A stretch of DNA of 10,119 nucleotides from positions 1 to 10,119 of the forward strand of contig CAXGMD010000101.1 in NCBI GenBank assembly GCA_964010765.1, read 5' to 3'. The translations under genes were made by a program, and so were the position numbers. Shown piece by piece: positions 7,703-10,119 of this stretch; position 1 is the stretch's first letter; every line of letters begins with the position of its first letter. Source of the DNA: an uncultured bacterium (GTDB taxonomy: Bacteria; SAR324; NAC60-12). A model generated the notes under the pieces. The model ran no database searches. It worked only from the letters and a program-made list of their open reading frames with translations, and was not told the DNA's origin.

Positions 7703-7890
7703 GTTTTTTCAGGATCCTTCATCAATGGCTTGCGCTTGAATTCAGCAACCATCTCTGTCTCACACTCCTGGCAAATATGAGCTTTCCAAACGGGTACCGC
7801 CTCAGTAACAGTAGACGGGTGCCCAAACATCAAGGCTCCTGGGGCTGTTTCCACATCGAATGTCTTCTCACATCTGTTGCAAACTGGCAT
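7699..7890 (-). CDS. Small hypothetical protein (63 aa) with a putative C4 zinc finger (CxxC-x32-CxxC)
   Basis: ATG 7890 with GAGGA 7 nt upstream. Stop overlaps the MaoC start (ATGA, 7702-7699). It fills the gap between two operon genes in the same orientation. Cys4, Cys7, His38, Cys40, Cys43. Confidence 0.8.
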   Translation of the reverse strand: MPVCNRCEKTFDVETAPGALMFGHPSTVTEAVPVWKAHICQECETEMVAEFKRKPLMKDPEKT

Positions 7891-7923
7891 GGATAGATCC
7901 TCAAATCTAATAACTTTATTAAA

Positions 7924-8697
7924 TTATCTACACTTCCAAACAGGCTTTCTTTTCTCGGCAAATGCCTGAACACCCTCTTTGGCATCTTCACTCGCAAGCA
8001 TCCGTTGAAAGCTAGGATAGTTGGCTCTGAAAGCATTTTCTAAGGATCCTTGTGCTAGCCCTTGTAGCATCATTTGTTTGGAAGCTCTTAGGGCTAGGGG
8101 GGAACATTCCCTTAAATCTGAAAGATATCTCTCTTTCGTTTTTTCAAGACTCTTTCTGGGTACAACCTCATTAATGAGGCCGAGGTCTAAAGCTGTTGTA
8201 GCATCGAAGAGCTTTCCCATCAAAGAAATCTCCATAGCCCGTTTTAAAGGAAGCTGGCGGGCAAGCCGATGCAAACCTCCGCTGGCCGCCAAACCAACTT
8301 TCGGCTCTGGCAAGCCAAAACGCGCAGTATCCACAGCTATCGCAAGATCACAAGCCAGTATAATTTCTAAGCCTCCTCCAATCGCATCTCCATTGACCAA
8401 TGCTATCACCGGTTTATCTAAATCAAAACGCTCTGTGAGGCCTGCAAAACCGCTGGGAGGCATCATATCTGACCCTACCTCTGCTCTTTCTTTCAAGTCA
8501 GAGCCCACACAAAAGGCTCTCTCCCCAGATCCTCTGATTACCGCAATATTCATCGATGAAGCATTTGCAAATTTATCGAAGACATCAGCCAATTCTGCAT
8601 GAGCCTGAATATTCAACGCATTCAGCAACTTGGGACGCTGAATGGAAACTTCCATTACATCGTTCGTGTAGACAACATCAATGAATTGATAGGTCAC
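7924..8697 (-). CDS. Enoyl-CoA hydratase/isomerase (crotonase) family protein, CaiD-like
   Basis: AFCVGSDLKE, GFAGLTERFDLDKPVIALVNG, GGGLE and FGLPEP (both catalytic Glu present), C-terminal DAKEG..AF.EKRKPVW. GTG start overlaps the upstream stop (GTGA). Confidence 0.93.
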   Translation of the reverse strand: MTYQFIDVVYTNDVMEVSIQRPKLLNALNIQAHAELADVFDKFANASSMNIAVIRGSGERAFCVGSDLKERAEVGSDMMPPSGFAGLTERFDLDKPVIALVNGDAIGGGLEIILACDLAIAVDTARFGLPEPKVGLAASGGLHRLARQLPLKRAMEISLMGKLFDATTALDLGLINEVVPRKSLEKTKERYLSDLRECSPLALRASKQMMLQGLAQGSLENAFRANYPSFQRMLASEDAKEGVQAFAEKRKPVWKCR

Positions 8698-9725
8698 AAC
8701 AAAATCGTCTGCCGTTGCTTCGCAGAGTCAAAGACCGCAAGAGTTGCAGCGAGTGTTTTAGAGGCGTCTTCCGCAGTGATGCGCGGCATTTCCTCACCTC
8801 TTATAACCCCACAAAAATGACGACATTGGGCGATATAGGCATCTTCAAGTGGGACAGGCGTTTCCTCCATCTTCATTAAGTGATTCCAATCGGGTTTTCC
8901 CTGCGATTGCCAAATCCTAAGGTTTGGAAATTCCAGACAGGCATCCGTGCCCATAAAGCAATACGAGTTTTGGCCTGTATGGGGGAAATTGACATTTTCG
9001 CCTGTCGCATGCTCCCAATTCCATGGTGAGGGGGTAGCATCCGAGAGTAGAAATGTTCCGAGCACTCCACTCTTAAACCTCACAATGATTGCTGCCGTTT
9101 CTTCTTTAGGATGACCTCGAAAATTGGTTTGAAGCTGAGCTGTAACTGATTCAATTTCACCACAAATGAATCTAAGGATATCCATTTCGTGAATCAGATT
9201 GATCAACACAGGGCCTGATGAAGATTGCTGCCTCCATTGCGGAATGAAGTAATCATCTGCCTTGCGGCTGGTCCACTGACCATGCACAGCGAGCAATCTA
9301 CCAAGCTTTTCAGACGAGACAATTTTTCGTGCCTCTTCCATCAATCCATAGTAGCGACGATGGTGGCCAACCATGACATTTCGGTTCACTCGTTCTGCTA
9401 CTAGCTGAATCTCTCTGGCTTCCTCCAGATTGCCTGCAATCGGTTTTTCGACAAGTACATGGCATCCCGCCTCTAAAGCACTTATAGTGGGCGCAAGGTG
9501 AATTTCTGTCGGTGTACATACAATCACACCTTCAGGTACCACATCAGCAAGCATCTCTTCAATCTTGCCAAACCATTGAACACCTTCATTGAGCGCAATT
9601 GCTTTGGCTTGTTCAGCCGGATCAACGACAGCGATTAGTGCAGCTTTCTTAATTGTTGTCATGGCTTGGAGATGACGCTTCCCAATCATCCCCATCCCGA
9701 CTATTGCCAGTTTGACAGCCGTCAC
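8694..9725 (-). CDS. Gfo/Idh/MocA family NAD(P)-dependent oxidoreductase
   Basis: Rossmann GMGMIG, HVLVEKP, VGHHRR and GPVLINLIHEMD motifs. GTG start shares 1 nt with the upstream TAG. Confidence 0.92.
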   Translation of the reverse strand: MTAVKLAIVGMGMIGKRHLQAMTTIKKAALIAVVDPAEQAKAIALNEGVQWFGKIEEMLADVVPEGVIVCTPTEIHLAPTISALEAGCHVLVEKPIAGNLEEAREIQLVAERVNRNVMVGHHRRYYGLMEEARKIVSSEKLGRLLAVHGQWTSRKADDYFIPQWRQQSSSGPVLINLIHEMDILRFICGEIESVTAQLQTNFRGHPKEETAAIIVRFKSGVLGTFLLSDATPSPWNWEHATGENVNFPHTGQNSYCFMGTDACLEFPNLRIWQSQGKPDWNHLMKMEETPVPLEDAYIAQCRHFCGVIRGEEMPRITAEDASKTLAATLAVFDSAKQRQTILL

Positions 9726-10119
9726 TATTGCTCCATGAAGAGACTTGAATCCATTCTCTTTAGTTGCTTTGGGATGATCGGAACGAAATCCATTTGTTGA
9801 AGGACATCTTTTTCTAATTCAACCCCAGGAGCCAACTCCTCCAATACAAGCCCTGCTTCTGTTAACCGGAATAATGCTCTTTCAGTAGCGTAGATCACCT
9901 CCTGTTTTTGCTTGAGCGCTTGCTTCCCAGAGAATGTGATCTGATCAACTTGCTGAACTAATTTCCTAATTTCACCGGGTTTTTCGACAATCAGTTCTCC
10001 AGCGCCCGTTCTGAGTTTAGATCTTTTAGTGTCGAAGGTGCCGCAAAAAATAACTTTTTTTGCATTTTGAGCGATATCAATGAATCCGCCTGGTCCAACG
10101 GTCACACCATCCAATTTAG
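9725..10119 (-). CDS. Family I CoA-transferase, YdiF/propionate CoA-transferase-like (C-terminal part; 5' end outside window)
   Basis: GPGGFIDIAQNAKKVIFCGTF, VDQITFSG, YATERALFRL and LEELAPGVELEKDVL match the C-terminus of fused acyl-CoA:acetate CoA-transferases. The frame stays open to the window edge, so TTG 10114 is not the real start. Confidence 0.88.
   Translation of the reverse strand, partial: KLDGVTVGPGGFIDIAQNAKKVIFCGTFDTKRSKLRTGAGELIVEKPGEIRKLVQQVDQITFSGKQALKQKQEVIYATERALFRLTEAGLVLEELAPGVELEKDVLQQMDFVPIIPKQLKRMDSSLFMEQ

Noticed and set aside
7898..7906. TCCTCAAAT shared between 760-768 and 7898-7906
   Set aside because: Only 9 nt, and the second copy is explained by the microprotein SD. 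Not convincing as a repeat or operator.
7830..8036. 68-aa minus-strand ORF spanning the crotonase end and the microprotein start
   Set aside because: It overlaps two better-supported genes out of frame. The 63-aa ORF has the SD, the ATGA coupling and the Cys motif.
8021..8602. 193-aa plus-strand ORF
   Set aside because: Antisense mirror of the crotonase with Ser/Pro/Ala-rich composition and no motifs.
7924..8697. Naming the crotonase caiD and the locus a carnitine pathway
   Set aside because: The similarity is family-level only. No CaiA, CaiB (family III), CaiC, CaiT or betaine-type transporter is in the window.
1..10119. CRISPR arrays, tRNA/rRNA, IS elements, frameshifted pseudogenes, defence systems
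   Set aside because: No spaced direct repeats, RNA-gene signatures or transposase/integrase/nuclease motifs were seen. All complete CDSs have normal lengths for their families.

Overview
Bacterial DNA of moderate GC with every credible gene on the minus strand. Reading right to left, a tightly packed operon-like run encodes a YdiF/Pct-type family I CoA-transferase (3' part only), a Gfo/Idh/MocA oxidoreductase, a CaiD-like crotonase, a 63-aa four-Cys zinc-finger-like microprotein, a MaoC/PhaJ-type hydratase, an SDR and a xylose-isomerase-like TIM-barrel isomerase/epimerase. A complete LIV/HAAT-type ABC importer follows in a non-canonical order (livF-livH-binding protein-hairpin-livM-livG). After a 167-bp AT-rich spacer comes the 5' half of a MATE efflux transporter that the ORF track missed. 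The best candidate for an undescribed system is the cluster itself, a putative CoA-dependent uptake and catabolic pathway for an unidentified hydroxylated carboxylate, together with its translationally coupled zinc-finger microprotein. The substrate cannot be determined from sequence alone. All family assignments are by eye from motifs; no database search was run. No RNA genes, mobile elements or CRISPR arrays were seen.
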